This document shows positions 37,860 to 49,500 of a DNA stretch of 64,000 nucleotides, piece after piece. A program made the translations under genes and the position numbers. Numbering within the stretch: position 1 is the first letter of the stretch; every line of letters starts with the position of its first letter. The stretch is from a virus. The stretch lies in the IMG/VR virus record IMGVR_UViG_2534681605_000002, positions 1,093 through 65,092 of that record. The stretch is one strand, 5' to 3'. Below the pieces are notes generated by a model. That model saw only the letters and a program-made list of their open reading frames with translations, was not told where the DNA came from and made no database searches.

Positions 37860-38615
37860 TTAATCATTCCATACGCTCGACTTGTAAGAAGGCTTTTTTT
37901 CGGCACGTTTAACCGTTGAAGCGGTGCTTGCCCCTAATCTTGGCAATCCGTCACCGGCATTATCCTTTCTCATCCTGTCAATCTTTTGATTTCTCCCTGC
38001 AACAACACCAGACTGAAAGGATTCTTCAATATCTGTCTTATAATTCATGCCATTGTACAACATTTCCAACAGTTCGGTAGTGTAGTTCCCTTTGAAAATG
38101 GGCTCAAGTATCCGGCTGTAGGCACTGTCAAGAAATTCATCGATATCGATTTTTCTGGATGTGGCAAATTCATCCAGAACCGGTAAACTTGCTTCAATAT
38201 TTACATCGTATTCCTCTTTGCTTTTACGCATGGATTCCAATTCCTCCATACGCTCTTTCTCGGCATTCTGCAAATCATTCCACTCGTCCGAACCTTCTTC
38301 TGCTCCCAAAATATCCTTTCCGAAATATCGTACAAGAGCCGAAGTTGCCCCCCTTTTGCCGCCAGCCATGTCCGAAAGGACTTGTGCAAGGCGCGGATCT
38401 TTTGAAAGTATTTCGGTCATGCGCTCCTGTGATTCGTCATTCTTTTGCCGATAATCAAGCATGTCAGAATAAACAGAGTCTTCGTCTTCACCGTAAGACT
38501 CTCCCATACGAGAACGCATATAATCCAAATAAGCCTGTTTCTTGGAAGGTTTATTTGTCGCCCCTGAAGATTCCACAGGTACTTTTTCTTCTTCGTTTCC
38601 TACATTATTATCCAT
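37860..38615 (-). CDS. Scaffolding-like protein
   Basis: Acidic, helical, directly upstream of the capsid gene. Confidence 0.65.
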   Translation of the reverse strand: MDNNVGNEEEKVPVESSGATNKPSKKQAYLDYMRSRMGESYGEDEDSVYSDMLDYRQKNDESQERMTEILSKDPRLAQVLSDMAGGKRGATSALVRYFGKDILGAEEGSDEWNDLQNAEKERMEELESMRKSKEEYDVNIEASLPVLDEFATSRKIDIDEFLDSAYSRILEPIFKGNYTTELLEMLYNGMNYKTDIEESFQSGVVAGRNQKIDRMRKDNAGDGLPRLGASTASTVKRAEKKPSYKSSVWND

Positions 38616-38724
38616 GAAATAATATTTAAAGTATTACTTTAGCAAAGTAAAGACATTATTTTGTGGTTTAATATGTTATAATGCTATATATTTGAGCCAT
38701 TATAACAAACCAAAGCATTTTTTC

Positions 38725-39111
38725 ATGGCAAAAACAGAGAACTGGCAAAAAAAAGATGATGTATTTAAGGCATACGAAAGGGCAATAAAAGAATTGGGGG
38801 ATGTCGCACGCCGGGTTCCCAAAAATACGATCATAGAAAAAGCGATGTCTTATCCGGCTCCAAGGTATTACATCACCTTAGAAGTCGCTATCAGAAACAT
38901 ATCGCTTATGTATAGAGGGATACAACCGGACATGTACAACCCCATGAAAATAGACATGTACGACAGTATTTTCAGGAAATTTGTTGCAAAAGGGCTAAAA
39001 TATCCGGGATATAGCTATTTGGAAACCATCATCAATAATGAAGCTCCTTCTTTCTATATCGAAAAAAGGCAATTTGTACGCATTATTAATGACAAATTAA
39101 AAAGAAAATGA
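38725..39111 (+). CDS. Hypothetical protein, first gene of the TerL operon
   Basis: Start MAKTENW follows a TATATTTG motif at 38687-38694. Confidence 0.7.
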   Translation: MAKTENWQKKDDVFKAYERAIKELGDVARRVPKNTIIEKAMSYPAPRYYITLEVAIRNISLMYRGIQPDMYNPMKIDMYDSIFRKFVAKGLKYPGYSYLETIINNEAPSFYIEKRQFVRIINDKLKRK

Positions 39112-39644
39112 TCCTGGTATTCATATTTATCCTTTTTTATTCCCTATCACGGTACTACGATCTAAGCGATTACGGACTGTCCTCCGGATTCCGATATTGG
39201 CAACTGATTGCATACAATTTCATACATCTGACCTTTATGCACATGTTCTTCAATTCAATCGGATACCTGATATATAAGCCGGTGATTGCAGAATATTATG
39301 GACGCAAAGCCCCAATTATAGTAATACCAATATCTGTAATCCTGTCTTCTGCAATCTTTTGCTCTGAAAAACCGACATTCGGCGCATCAACCATCATATT
39401 TTCCATGATCGGCATGTATTTAAGCAAGATATGGCAAGATGGACATTCGAAGCGACAGAAATATACAATCATGCTGCTTATAATGTTAATAATGCAGTCA
39501 ATATTCGGCTATAATGTCATTAATTGGAAAATACACATTTCAGCTTTAGCAATCTCATTCATTTTATCTCGATTATGCACGACATTCACAATGATTTCGA
39601 GATCGAAAATATCTTGGAAGAAAACAGAAAAAGACACGAAATAA
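39108..39644 (+). CDS. Rhomboid family intramembrane serine protease
   Basis: YWQL, FIHLTFMHMFFN, GAS (Ser), WKIH (His); multi-TM. Confidence 0.85.
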   Translation: MILVFIFILFYSLSRYYDLSDYGLSSGFRYWQLIAYNFIHLTFMHMFFNSIGYLIYKPVIAEYYGRKAPIIVIPISVILSSAIFCSEKPTFGASTIIFSMIGMYLSKIWQDGHSKRQKYTIMLLIMLIMQSIFGYNVINWKIHISALAISFILSRLCTTFTMISRSKISWKKTEKDTK

Positions 39645-41587
39645 TAAACGCACCATACAATCCAGTCACCGGTCTTGGCGCCGTAGGGGAACGAAAAAAG
39701 ATTTCAATAAAAGACTCCCCTATTGGCGATATGTATTTACCGGTTGAATTGATAAAAGAAAACCTGTTTATCCGTAGACTCGCCAAATACGGATTCAAAG
39801 GATATATTATCCGATTTATTAAAGAAGTGGAGTATTCCGAAGAAGCCCTAAACCAGCTTTGGATTGAATTTATAAAATATCGGATAATATACGATTTTGA
39901 ATACTGGGCCTATTCATTCATCTTTATAAAAGATAAAGTGAGCCCAAAAGATATCCCATTTAAACTAAACCGTGCGCAAAGAAGAGTACTGAATAAACTT
40001 GAAAAACTACGAAAGGCCGGAAAGCCTATCAAGTTTATCCTCTTAAAAGCACGACAGTGGGGAGGATCAACACTCGTCCAAATTTATATGCTTTGGATAA
40101 TGCTCGTACACCGTCGAAACTGGAATACCGTCATTTGTGGAGATGTGGAAACACAGTCAAGAAACGTTCGGGCAATGATCACAAAGGCTTTAAACAAATA
40201 CCCTTCTTATCTGCTTGGAGAAACGGTTAAATTCACACCCTTTGAAGGTTCAAGCAAAAACAAAGTCATTCAAAACACAAATTGTGTTGTCTCGATCGGA
40301 TCTTTCCAAAAACCCGATACACTTCGAAGCGGTGACATATCAGGAGCTCACCTAACCGAAATTGGACTTTGGAGAGCTACACCAGGCAAAAAGCCGGAGG
40401 ACCTTATCCAGTCTATATCCGGTTCCATTTATGATACAGCATATACGATTTTAGGGTTGGAAAGTACGGCAAAAGGCGTTGGTAATTTTTTTCATCGTAC
40501 ATGGCAACAGGCTGTCAAAGGTAAAAATAACCTGCTCCCCATTTTTGTAGCATGGTTTGATATTGATATTTATTCAATCCCTATTGATAACCACGAAGAG
40601 TTTATCCATTCTATGGACGAATACGAATGGGACCTTTGGAAACTGGGAGCTACACTGGAAGCTATTGCTTGGTATAGAGAAAAAAAGAAAGACATGAAAG
40701 ATATTTGGCGTATGAATTCTGAATATCCAAGCACTCCAACAGAAGCCTTTCAATCTACCGGCCGACGACGTTTCCGGCTTTCAGACACGCTCAAACTACG
40801 CGAAACTTGCATCGATCCTATTTTTCATGGTGAAATTTCAGGTTCGGAAGAAACGGGTGTAGAAAGCCTTCAGAATCTTCGGTTGTCAAAAGAAGAAATA
40901 GGCTGCTTGTCCATTTGGAAAATGCCGGATAAATCAAAACGATATCGAAATCGTTATATTGTCGTTATGGATGTAGGGGGAGTTTCAGATGAAGCCGACT
41001 ACACGGATATCACCGTCTTTGATCGCTATTGGATGATGGACGGAGGCATCCCGGAAGTGGTAGCCGAATGGCACGGCCATATCGACCATGATAAAGGCGC
41101 TTGGAAGGCTGTACAGATGGCAACATTTTATGCTGACGAGGAGGATGCTATGGTTGTAATAGAAAGTAACACGCTTGAAACAGAAGGCACGGAAGGCAAT
41201 AATTTCGAATACATCTTAGACGAGATAGCAGGGCATTACTCCAATCTCTACTGTCGCACCCCGGCCGACCAAATCAGACAAGGCGCCCCAGCAAAATGGG
41301 GATTTCACACCAACACATCAACCAAGCCTATGGTTATCTCCCATCAAGCAAAAGCAATACGGGATTCTTTATACATCGAAAGATGCGAGGAAGCCGTAGA
41401 CGAACACGACACATTTGAAATCAAAGAAGATGGTAAAACAATGGGAGCTGTTGAAGGAATGCATGATGACAGACTCATGACTCGTGCTATCGGCGTATGG
41501 ATCTGCTATCGGATAGGTCTTCCATTTGCCGTAAATACCCCAATAGCTACACCAACCCGTAAAGTCATATCGGAAGCTACAATATGA
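39575..41587 (+). CDS. terL: Terminase large subunit
   Basis: ILLKARQWGGST Walker A, LESTAKG, MDVGG, HDDRLM nuclease motifs. Confidence 0.92.
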   Translation: MHDIHNDFEIENILEENRKRHEIINAPYNPVTGLGAVGERKKISIKDSPIGDMYLPVELIKENLFIRRLAKYGFKGYIIRFIKEVEYSEEALNQLWIEFIKYRIIYDFEYWAYSFIFIKDKVSPKDIPFKLNRAQRRVLNKLEKLRKAGKPIKFILLKARQWGGSTLVQIYMLWIMLVHRRNWNTVICGDVETQSRNVRAMITKALNKYPSYLLGETVKFTPFEGSSKNKVIQNTNCVVSIGSFQKPDTLRSGDISGAHLTEIGLWRATPGKKPEDLIQSISGSIYDTAYTILGLESTAKGVGNFFHRTWQQAVKGKNNLLPIFVAWFDIDIYSIPIDNHEEFIHSMDEYEWDLWKLGATLEAIAWYREKKKDMKDIWRMNSEYPSTPTEAFQSTGRRRFRLSDTLKLRETCIDPIFHGEISGSEETGVESLQNLRLSKEEIGCLSIWKMPDKSKRYRNRYIVVMDVGGVSDEADYTDITVFDRYWMMDGGIPEVVAEWHGHIDHDKGAWKAVQMATFYADEEDAMVVIESNTLETEGTEGNNFEYILDEIAGHYSNLYCRTPADQIRQGAPAKWGFHTNTSTKPMVISHQAKAIRDSLYIERCEEAVDEHDTFEIKEDGKTMGAVEGMHDDRLMTRAIGVWICYRIGLPFAVNTPIATPTRKVISEATI

Positions 41588-41620
41588 AACGAGGCAAGAT
41601 CGGAAATGATCTTGCCTCGT
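41588..41620. terminator. Bidirectional terminator between terL and the portal gene
   Basis: AACGAGGCAAGATC-GGAAAT-GATCTTGCCTCGTT. Confidence 0.8.
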
Positions 41621-41629
41621 TATTTAAAA

Positions 41630-43555
41630 TTATGCCCGGATTTGACCTATGACCTCAGAAGGAATTCCCTGAAGTTGCGCCATACGACCTTCCTCTTGGG
41701 CCTGCAACATCTCCGCTTCATCCCGCTTAATACTTTCCAAGATACGTTCAGCAAACGGAAGCGACGAATTTTCAAGCAATTGCTTGACATTTATTGCCTG
41801 ATTTTTGTAAAGCTCCATCAAGAACTCATTCATCACCATTTGATAAACCGGAGTATTAGAACCTTCCGTAATATAGACATCTATTTCTGAATCTTGCACC
41901 TTTTCCGGATCATACCATTTACTTTCTTTCGAATAGTCCGATCCGGCAAGGTCTATATATCGAGCAGAAGTATAAAATTGCTGAATCGTCTTCATTACTT
42001 TATTGTCTCGCTTCTTTTGAAAATTACGAAAAGAATCAAGCAAGCCTTTAACATTCATACTTGAATTCTGAACCTGCTGGGCATAAAGCGAAGATGGCGT
42101 ATTAGAAGATGGCGTTTGGCCTTGCATTGCAGAATTTACACCAGAAATATCATTGATAAGTTTCAATTGTAAGTTCAATAGTTCGTAATCTCCGGCAACA
42201 GCCGCAGATCCGTTATATTGATGAACGATATTCTGTATATTCTGGCCCTGTTTAAGACGAACAAAAAGCACACCATTATAACGCACATATTCATCTACAA
42301 TCTGCTCCCGGCTCATTCCCTGAAAAGCATCTTCATCCACAATGAGAAGTCCTTTCGCAGTAGACGAACGAATAAAATCGATCATCGTAAGCGTCCGGTT
42401 TATGTACTTTTGCTGATCAATAAAGTCATCAACAAAATTAAAGACTTTACCATTGACAAACGGATAAATGTTCAATATGTAATTATGCTCTTTATGCCAG
42501 TAAGGTGAACGCCCTTCCTGTAACACATCTCCGAACGGAGTCATGTAACGATAGTACCAATATTGCTCAATTGAATAGGTATATTCCACAAGAAGCACAT
42601 CTTCCGGGTCCATGCCGTTAGCTAACGCTTCTTCCATACGCTGCTTATTTAAAACATCTATCGATTTTCTGTCGGAAAGATTGGAATACCACCATTCCCC
42701 ACTCAATAGGTCACGGCAAAAAAGTGCTTCCCGACTTTCCTTTTTCCAAACAAGAATCACCCGGCAAAGATCTGGACGGGACGGCATATAAAAATCCATA
42801 TTTTTGTTCTGGTCCCCTTGTAATCCAAACGAATCAGCCCAGGTAGCCCCGTTATGATCACCGTAAATCCGATAAATATCATCACAGGTTGTTTTATCAC
42901 GGGCAAATGCGGCCACAATATCCGAAAGAGTCATATCATACATTTCCCCGATAATACGAAGATCCCATGTCCGAGGATCTTCTATATCCGTGTTGAAGAA
43001 TAACCGATAAGTATTGGTTGGATAAACCCACACATCCAAATTTTGTTTAGCCGGATTCATGCCGTACTCTACCCGTTGGGCACATAACCCTGAAAGCATA
43101 AGATTCGTCAAACTTGCAGCATCCATTTCCGTCGTTTCGTTGATCTGATGGCAATACTCAATTGCAATGCTCATCATTTCTCCAATCTTACTTTCCCTTT
43201 TGTCCCTAACAACACAAACGGGCTTCGTTTGGTTATTTCGGAATTGTCCGTCGATATTTTTCAAAATCGGGCGAATGACATTGTTTTTCAAAGGCACTTT
43301 ACCCTGCGATCGAATATATGCACTTTCTGTCACTTTCTTCCCACTTGCTGGATCAATAACAAGATCGCCCCATTGATCTTCAAATCCATACATCTGGGAA
43401 CGTGCAGCCTTCTTGCGAACCTCACTAAGTCCCCACCAAGCATTTTCAGCCTCTTTCAGCACATCTGTAGCCTTTGTCAAACTAATAGCTGACCGGGTGC
43501 GACCACCCCGCTCCACTCCCGGTTTCAATCTACGGTTATAAAACTTTCTATTCAT
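41630..43555 (-). CDS. Portal protein (P22/podovirus-like)
   Basis: FEDQW, NNVIRPI..IDG, FVDDFIDQQKYIN, ISGVNSAMQG. Confidence 0.85.
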   Translation of the reverse strand: MNRKFYNRRLKPGVERGGRTRSAISLTKATDVLKEAENAWWGLSEVRKKAARSQMYGFEDQWGDLVIDPASGKKVTESAYIRSQGKVPLKNNVIRPILKNIDGQFRNNQTKPVCVVRDKRESKIGEMMSIAIEYCHQINETTEMDAASLTNLMLSGLCAQRVEYGMNPAKQNLDVWVYPTNTYRLFFNTDIEDPRTWDLRIIGEMYDMTLSDIVAAFARDKTTCDDIYRIYGDHNGATWADSFGLQGDQNKNMDFYMPSRPDLCRVILVWKKESREALFCRDLLSGEWWYSNLSDRKSIDVLNKQRMEEALANGMDPEDVLLVEYTYSIEQYWYYRYMTPFGDVLQEGRSPYWHKEHNYILNIYPFVNGKVFNFVDDFIDQQKYINRTLTMIDFIRSSTAKGLLIVDEDAFQGMSREQIVDEYVRYNGVLFVRLKQGQNIQNIVHQYNGSAAVAGDYELLNLQLKLINDISGVNSAMQGQTPSSNTPSSLYAQQVQNSSMNVKGLLDSFRNFQKKRDNKVMKTIQQFYTSARYIDLAGSDYSKESKWYDPEKVQDSEIDVYITEGSNTPVYQMVMNEFLMELYKNQAINVKQLLENSSLPFAERILESIKRDEAEMLQAQEEGRMAQLQGIPSEVIGQIRA

Positions 43556-46500
43556 CTCCTATTTTGTCTAATTCGTTAATCATCATTTCTTTTGTCTTTC
43601 TCGCCTGTTCGTAAAGAGCTTTCTTTTCTTCTCCATCCATCAAGCGGGCCATATCATACATACTTTCAATCGCTTTTTTATAAAAGCCGGTCGTTTGATA
43701 ACGTCGGTATGCACGACTATTGGCAAAGGATTTGTAATTACCCGACAGGTCCTTACCCCCTTCGAGCCCTTTACGGTACATCCTATCCCTACTCTGCATC
43801 TCTTCATACTCTTTCACGTAATGGTTATAGCGTTCGTTTGTATAATTACGCGGAACCATATTTTCTGTGTCATAGGTCAGCCCGCTCACAACTGGGATAT
43901 TCCTAAGCTGCACATCTCCGGTTACTGCGCCTTCCACCGTTTTGTAACATTGAGCAATGGCTTTACCTACGCCACCTAAGTACTGTTCGAAAAGGTACTC
44001 TACGGCAGAAGGATTCAAAAGAGCATAATCCAATTTTCCTTTAGAGGCATAATCGCCTCCCGACAGACTATTCAGCCGTTCGGAGGCTTTGATTATCGCT
44101 TTGCTGGTTCCAGTCGTTACCTTATGATATTCTGGAACATACTTATTAAACTCGTTGCGCCCCGTGATCCGTTTCCCGAAAAAGTTCTGATTCCAAAGGT
44201 ATGCATCGGTGATCGGGGTAAACATATCCGGAGTAAATACTCGTATTGCTGTTTCTAGCCAATTATCTGAGCCTTCAGCTTCGAATGAGAAGGGAAGCAG
44301 TGTCATCATCCTGCCCGTCACATCAGCAGTAAAGCTGCGCCCCTTATATTCACCACGAAGATATTGTGCACTCATATCACCCAATCCATACAAAGCACGA
44401 AGTTCCACAGATAAGGGCAAAAGAACATATTTTCCTTCTCCTACCGGAATAATCACATTGTTTTGCCGTACATAATCTGGGATCTCGTTATATTCATCGT
44501 TATCCCCCAACAGAAGGTCCGTCAACATACAATAGGCAAATCCCAGTGTTGCCCACATGGCGATCGCCGCCGAAGCACGGCCAGGATTTGCTTTCGCTGC
44601 ACCAAGGAAATTATGCGATCCCTGAACGGCCGCATTAAAGAAGAAATAGAAGTTCTGCGCACACACAGCACCCATTGCTCCACTTCCTCTCCGATTGAAG
44701 TTCACGGATGCTTCCTTGGCCGCGCTAATACTTTGTAGTTCCGACATGCCGGTTTCTTTGGCAGCCAGATAAGTCGCAAAGCGGGACGTGTTTTCTATAA
44801 TAGAGTTGACGGTTTCGAAATAACCTCCCAGCATATTGAACACATCTTTTACTTGTAACCTACCGCCAGCACTTTTACGAACCATCCGGTCAACCTCACG
44901 TTTATACTTTTCATACCCCATAACTGCTACAAATCCCGTACGTCCACCACCTTTCAAAAAGGTTTCGTAAGACGAACGCATTTGTTTGGCTTTCGCCCCC
45001 TTTTCCTCAAAGCCAAACGAAACACGCGCAATACACCTTATGGCCGGTATGATATTTTTCAGATATCGGCCTTCGAATCCAGCTCCGTATCTTACGAAAT
45101 TCATCGTATTGGTATAGAACAAATCACGGACAAAATTTCGTATGATGAAGTTCACAGAGCGTGAGGTGTAATTAAGCATCATAAACTGCCGGATCCGGTT
45201 CAGTGCTTTTAACACACTATTATTCAAATTCTGGTTATTTAGCCCATTAATAGCTTGTGATACACGAGGATCTCCATTGATGTAAACAAGCAAATCACGG
45301 CCTCCTTCTTTTACACGGACAGTATGTTGTTTCTCTTGCCAATCCTTGACGGGGACACCGAGGGTAAGCACTTCGCGACGAGTCTTCGCCTCACCTTTCT
45401 CCCGCAGATCCTTCATCTTTTCCTCGAAATCATTAATGATCTTGGCATTTTCTGCCGGATCTTCCACCAGACCTTCGGCCGAAACAGCCTCCCACATAGG
45501 ATTGCCTTCCGCATCTACTCCACTTTTTACGTACCACTGGTTAGAAACTGCAGCTGCTTTTGTCTTACTATTTCTTACCAGATTGGCAAAACGGAGTTTT
45601 GTCAGATTCTTATACCCCATCATCGTAGCGCTTTCGTAATCATGAGCGATGTTGGCAAGTACGGCACCAGCCCTTGACTTACGCCCACGGGCTTTCTTTA
45701 TCGGGTTCGACACAATATCCTTGTCCGCATCGAAATAGTCGAACAGGTCGCCGGCCGTCGTTTCATCCCATTCCTTTAAAGGGATATAATATTCGTACAT
45801 ATTCTGCAGATTATCCCTCTCCTCACGGCCGATCAAGTTCGTCTGGTACATCTTTTCCAGCGTTGCCTGTGTGGCAGCTTCCACCGCTTTCCATAGGCCA
45901 TTAGTGCTGTGGCTATTCTCATATTTTTCAGCCCAGTCTTTCAGCTTTTGCTCTTCCATCATATCAGAATCAAAAATTTCTTTACTAAGAGCTGTAAGAC
46001 CGGAGAAGTCCTTCAATTCAAGCGACATCCGTTTCTTCTCTATAAGGTCAGACGTTTCATTTTCCCTTTCCTCTATTCTCTTATCAACGGTCTTTCTCAT
46101 GTTTTCAAGCTGTTTAGACGAATAATTACCTGATTTTTCCTTTTCCGTGAAGTAATCTTCCATTTCTTTCTTAACACGCTCAAGTTTATCCTCCTTCCGT
46201 CTTCTGTACTTCTCCAGCTCATCCTCTCTCATTTTCTTGTTCCTTTCAAGTCCATGCTTGATCATCATATAGTTTTCAACATCGCGATTTCTCTGGGCAT
46301 CAAAATGGCCGTCCACAGTAGACAGCCGGGATACTTCATCCACCAGCTTCTTAAACTCCGTCTCCTTGAATTTTTCCACATCATACTGGCTTTTCGACTG
46401 GGCTGTATTTTCATATACATACGCATTCTCAAAATCCCGTATCTTATGTCCAGTCTCTTTTTCTACTTCTTTTTGGAACTCACGAAGCGCAATCATCCTA

Positions 46501-49500
46501 TCTTGATAACCTTCCCGGAAACGCTGATAGAACTTCCGGGATGATGGTGAGGCTGATTTCAATCCTTCTATCACGCTTCTAATAGCCCTAACCATGCTAC
46601 GACGTTCTTCTGCCGAAGTGGCAAGCATCGTTCCGCTACTAACCAACGGATCACGGAACAACAATGTATCACGCATATTTCCATCTTTGGCCACTTTATG
46701 AATGATCGTAACAAGTGAATCACCTTTTTCAAGACGGTTCTTACTCTTCCATAACATATAAGCAATATCTTCATCCCGCATACGCAAATCGATTCCCAAC
46801 GACCGGAAAAATCCGCGGATGGCCGATTTTATCTTTTGCCAAATGGACGGCTCGGATACACCGTTTTCTGCAACAGAAGCCAAATACTCTTCCGTCGCGA
46901 TCCTGAAGTCTCCCCCATAGCGGGAAAGTCCGGCACGGGTAACCTTACGGCGCACATCTTCCGGTAGGTTGCGATAGACAGAATCCATCATGTCGTCAAA
47001 CTTTTCTCCTAATAGTCCGCGAAGCCCTTTATGCGCAACGACCTCGTGTAAAATGGTCGCTTGTGCGTCGGCGATGCTTTCGGCATTGGGCAAAACCAAA
47101 TATACTTCGCCAGTTTCCATATCATACCAACCTTTGGACCCTCGTTTCTTCCGTTGAGTATCTTTGTTATCGTCCGTGATATCGTTTACATCCCGGATGA
47201 TGTGTATCGGAATATGTAGGCCACTTGCCAATTCATCTACGGCAGACGATATTTTTCCCTCGTCAAGGGTTGGATTTACAAAAGATTCCACTATCTTTGT
47301 GGCAGATGAAAAGCTACTGTTTTTATCATCAACGTTAGCGGGAGTACTGCTATTTGATATAAAATCAGTAGCTTTTTTCTTGTCGACCCATTTTAGTAAA
47401 CCATCGTTTATCCATGAATAGATATCCTTAACATAGTCCTTCGGATAAATACTACGCACAGAATTGATTTCAATATTGCCAACCTTACGGTTCACCTGTA
47501 TAGCCACAACAAAATTATCTCCATTGCTTTCAAGTTCTGTTAAAACGACCTTTGCATCAATTCGTGTTTTGCTGTCAAATACCGCTATCGGATTGGCTAT
47601 AGCTTGTGGAAGATTCTCTACACTTGTCAAATTGAAAGGATGGTTACTTTTATATTTCTCAGATGCTTTAGTCGCCAATTTATCTGCACGTAACTCTATT
47701 GGCAGATAAGGGAATCCCGCAGCCTGTAAAAACCTGGACGGATTCCCCAGCTTGTAAACATGCCCTTTAGGCAAAGAACCGTCAATTTGTCGCTGTAAAT
47801 CTTCGTTGAAACGCTCGTTCACCTCTTCGATATTCCCAGAAGCCGGTGCATAAGAAGCCGGTTTTCCTAATGCGTCATCGAGGAACAGCTGGTCTTCACG
47901 CGCTACGTCTTCCGTTTCTTCTGCCAGCGTTCTCCGTCGCTCTTCCGGTGTCATAGACAAACGCCTCGATACATTACGGGCTTCTGTCTCTCCGGCATTA
48001 CGCATATAAATATTTTCAGCATCTTTCTTGCTAAGTATCCCAGTTAAATGGCTTTTACCTTCCCTATGTCCTTTTTCATAAGCATCTCTTAGTTCCTTTG
48101 AGGTATGGTAAACGGCCAGTGTCTCGATCGGCCCATAGTCTGAGTACATGTTATTTCTACCATAAAGAGGGCCCATCGCGGACCTGACAGCCCAACGCAT
48201 GTATTTATACTTTCCCCTTTTAATCAATTTTTCAGCCCTTTTGCGAATAAATGCGGCGGTATTAAGCGTATTTAAATCAGCCGTATCTATTTTATATTGA
48301 GTATCCAAATATCTGTCTATCACTGCTTCTGGATGGTCGCCTGCCTCAAAACCTTCATATGATTGAATCGCATGCTGTATCTCATGGGCGGTAGTCGATT
48401 CATAAAGCCAAGGCCTGTTATGCGCCGTATTGATAACGATTTCATTGCTTCCAAACCATCCGCTGCCATACTCGTCCGGATGAGATTCCAACCGGAATTT
48501 CAATTCTTTCAACCTGGGATAGGCCGCGAATAACTCGTCATCTTTGAGGATTTCGCTTAAGCTGTAGTTCTTGCCTTCTTCGAAATTCTCAGGTGGAGCA
48601 TATTCAAAATCCGGTGTCTCATACCGCCACTTTCCGTCAACGCCACGCTCCCAGCCGGTAGCAAGTTTGATTTTACGTGCATTTTCTCTGCCGTTCACTT
48701 GTAAAATTGAAAGCAACTTCGTATCTTTGATATCGGAATTAAGGGAAGTTGTTTGATTAAAACCGGGAGTTGTTATCCCGATTAGTGAATCAAGTAATTT
48801 CCCTTTTTCTATTTTGGAAAGTTTGTGGTCATAATAACGAGTGCCCTCTTTAGGCTTGACAATTACAGCACGAACCGTATAATCTTCACCGCCAATCTTC
48901 ATCCCACAAACATAATAGTCAAACTTTTCAGCGTCAACCTTATCGTCTGTATTAGCTTGTGATTCGATATACACAGCATTCTCGATAATCTGAGGTATGG
49001 CCGCAACGCTTTGCAGTTGCTCCGCGTTTTTATAGTCGTGGTTCAGCACCTCCTTGATAGCATTCTTGCCGACCATGACTGTTTCCCCTGTGTCTTTGTT
49101 GGTATATTCACCACGCAACCTTTTCCCATACTCCAGTGCATTCTTCTTATATTGTTTCAGATCATCGCTCGGCTCGATCTCCCTGCCTGTTATTTCCACC
49201 GGCTCACTTTTACGCAGCTTTTCTATCCGCTGCTTCTTTTCATTGAAAGCGGATTCCATCTCCCTTGCCACATTCAAGTTGTCAAGACGGGTAGTTGCTT
49301 CTTCTGCTGCATCAAGCCTTGCTGCTCCCTGCTCGCCGATAAAGCGGAAGCGAGGGTCGCTCTTCCGGGCGTTGAAGCGTTGAGACAGGGGGATGATGTT
49401 CCCTTTGTCGTCCCGGGTAACCAGGTCGTTCAACTTGCGGTTGTTCCGGGTGTCCTTATACAGGTAGTCGCTCTTGTCGTCATATCCCCATTCGTTGATG

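Noticed and set aside
38620-41630. Invertible segment carrying terL
   Set aside because: No flanking inverted repeats or dedicated invertase found
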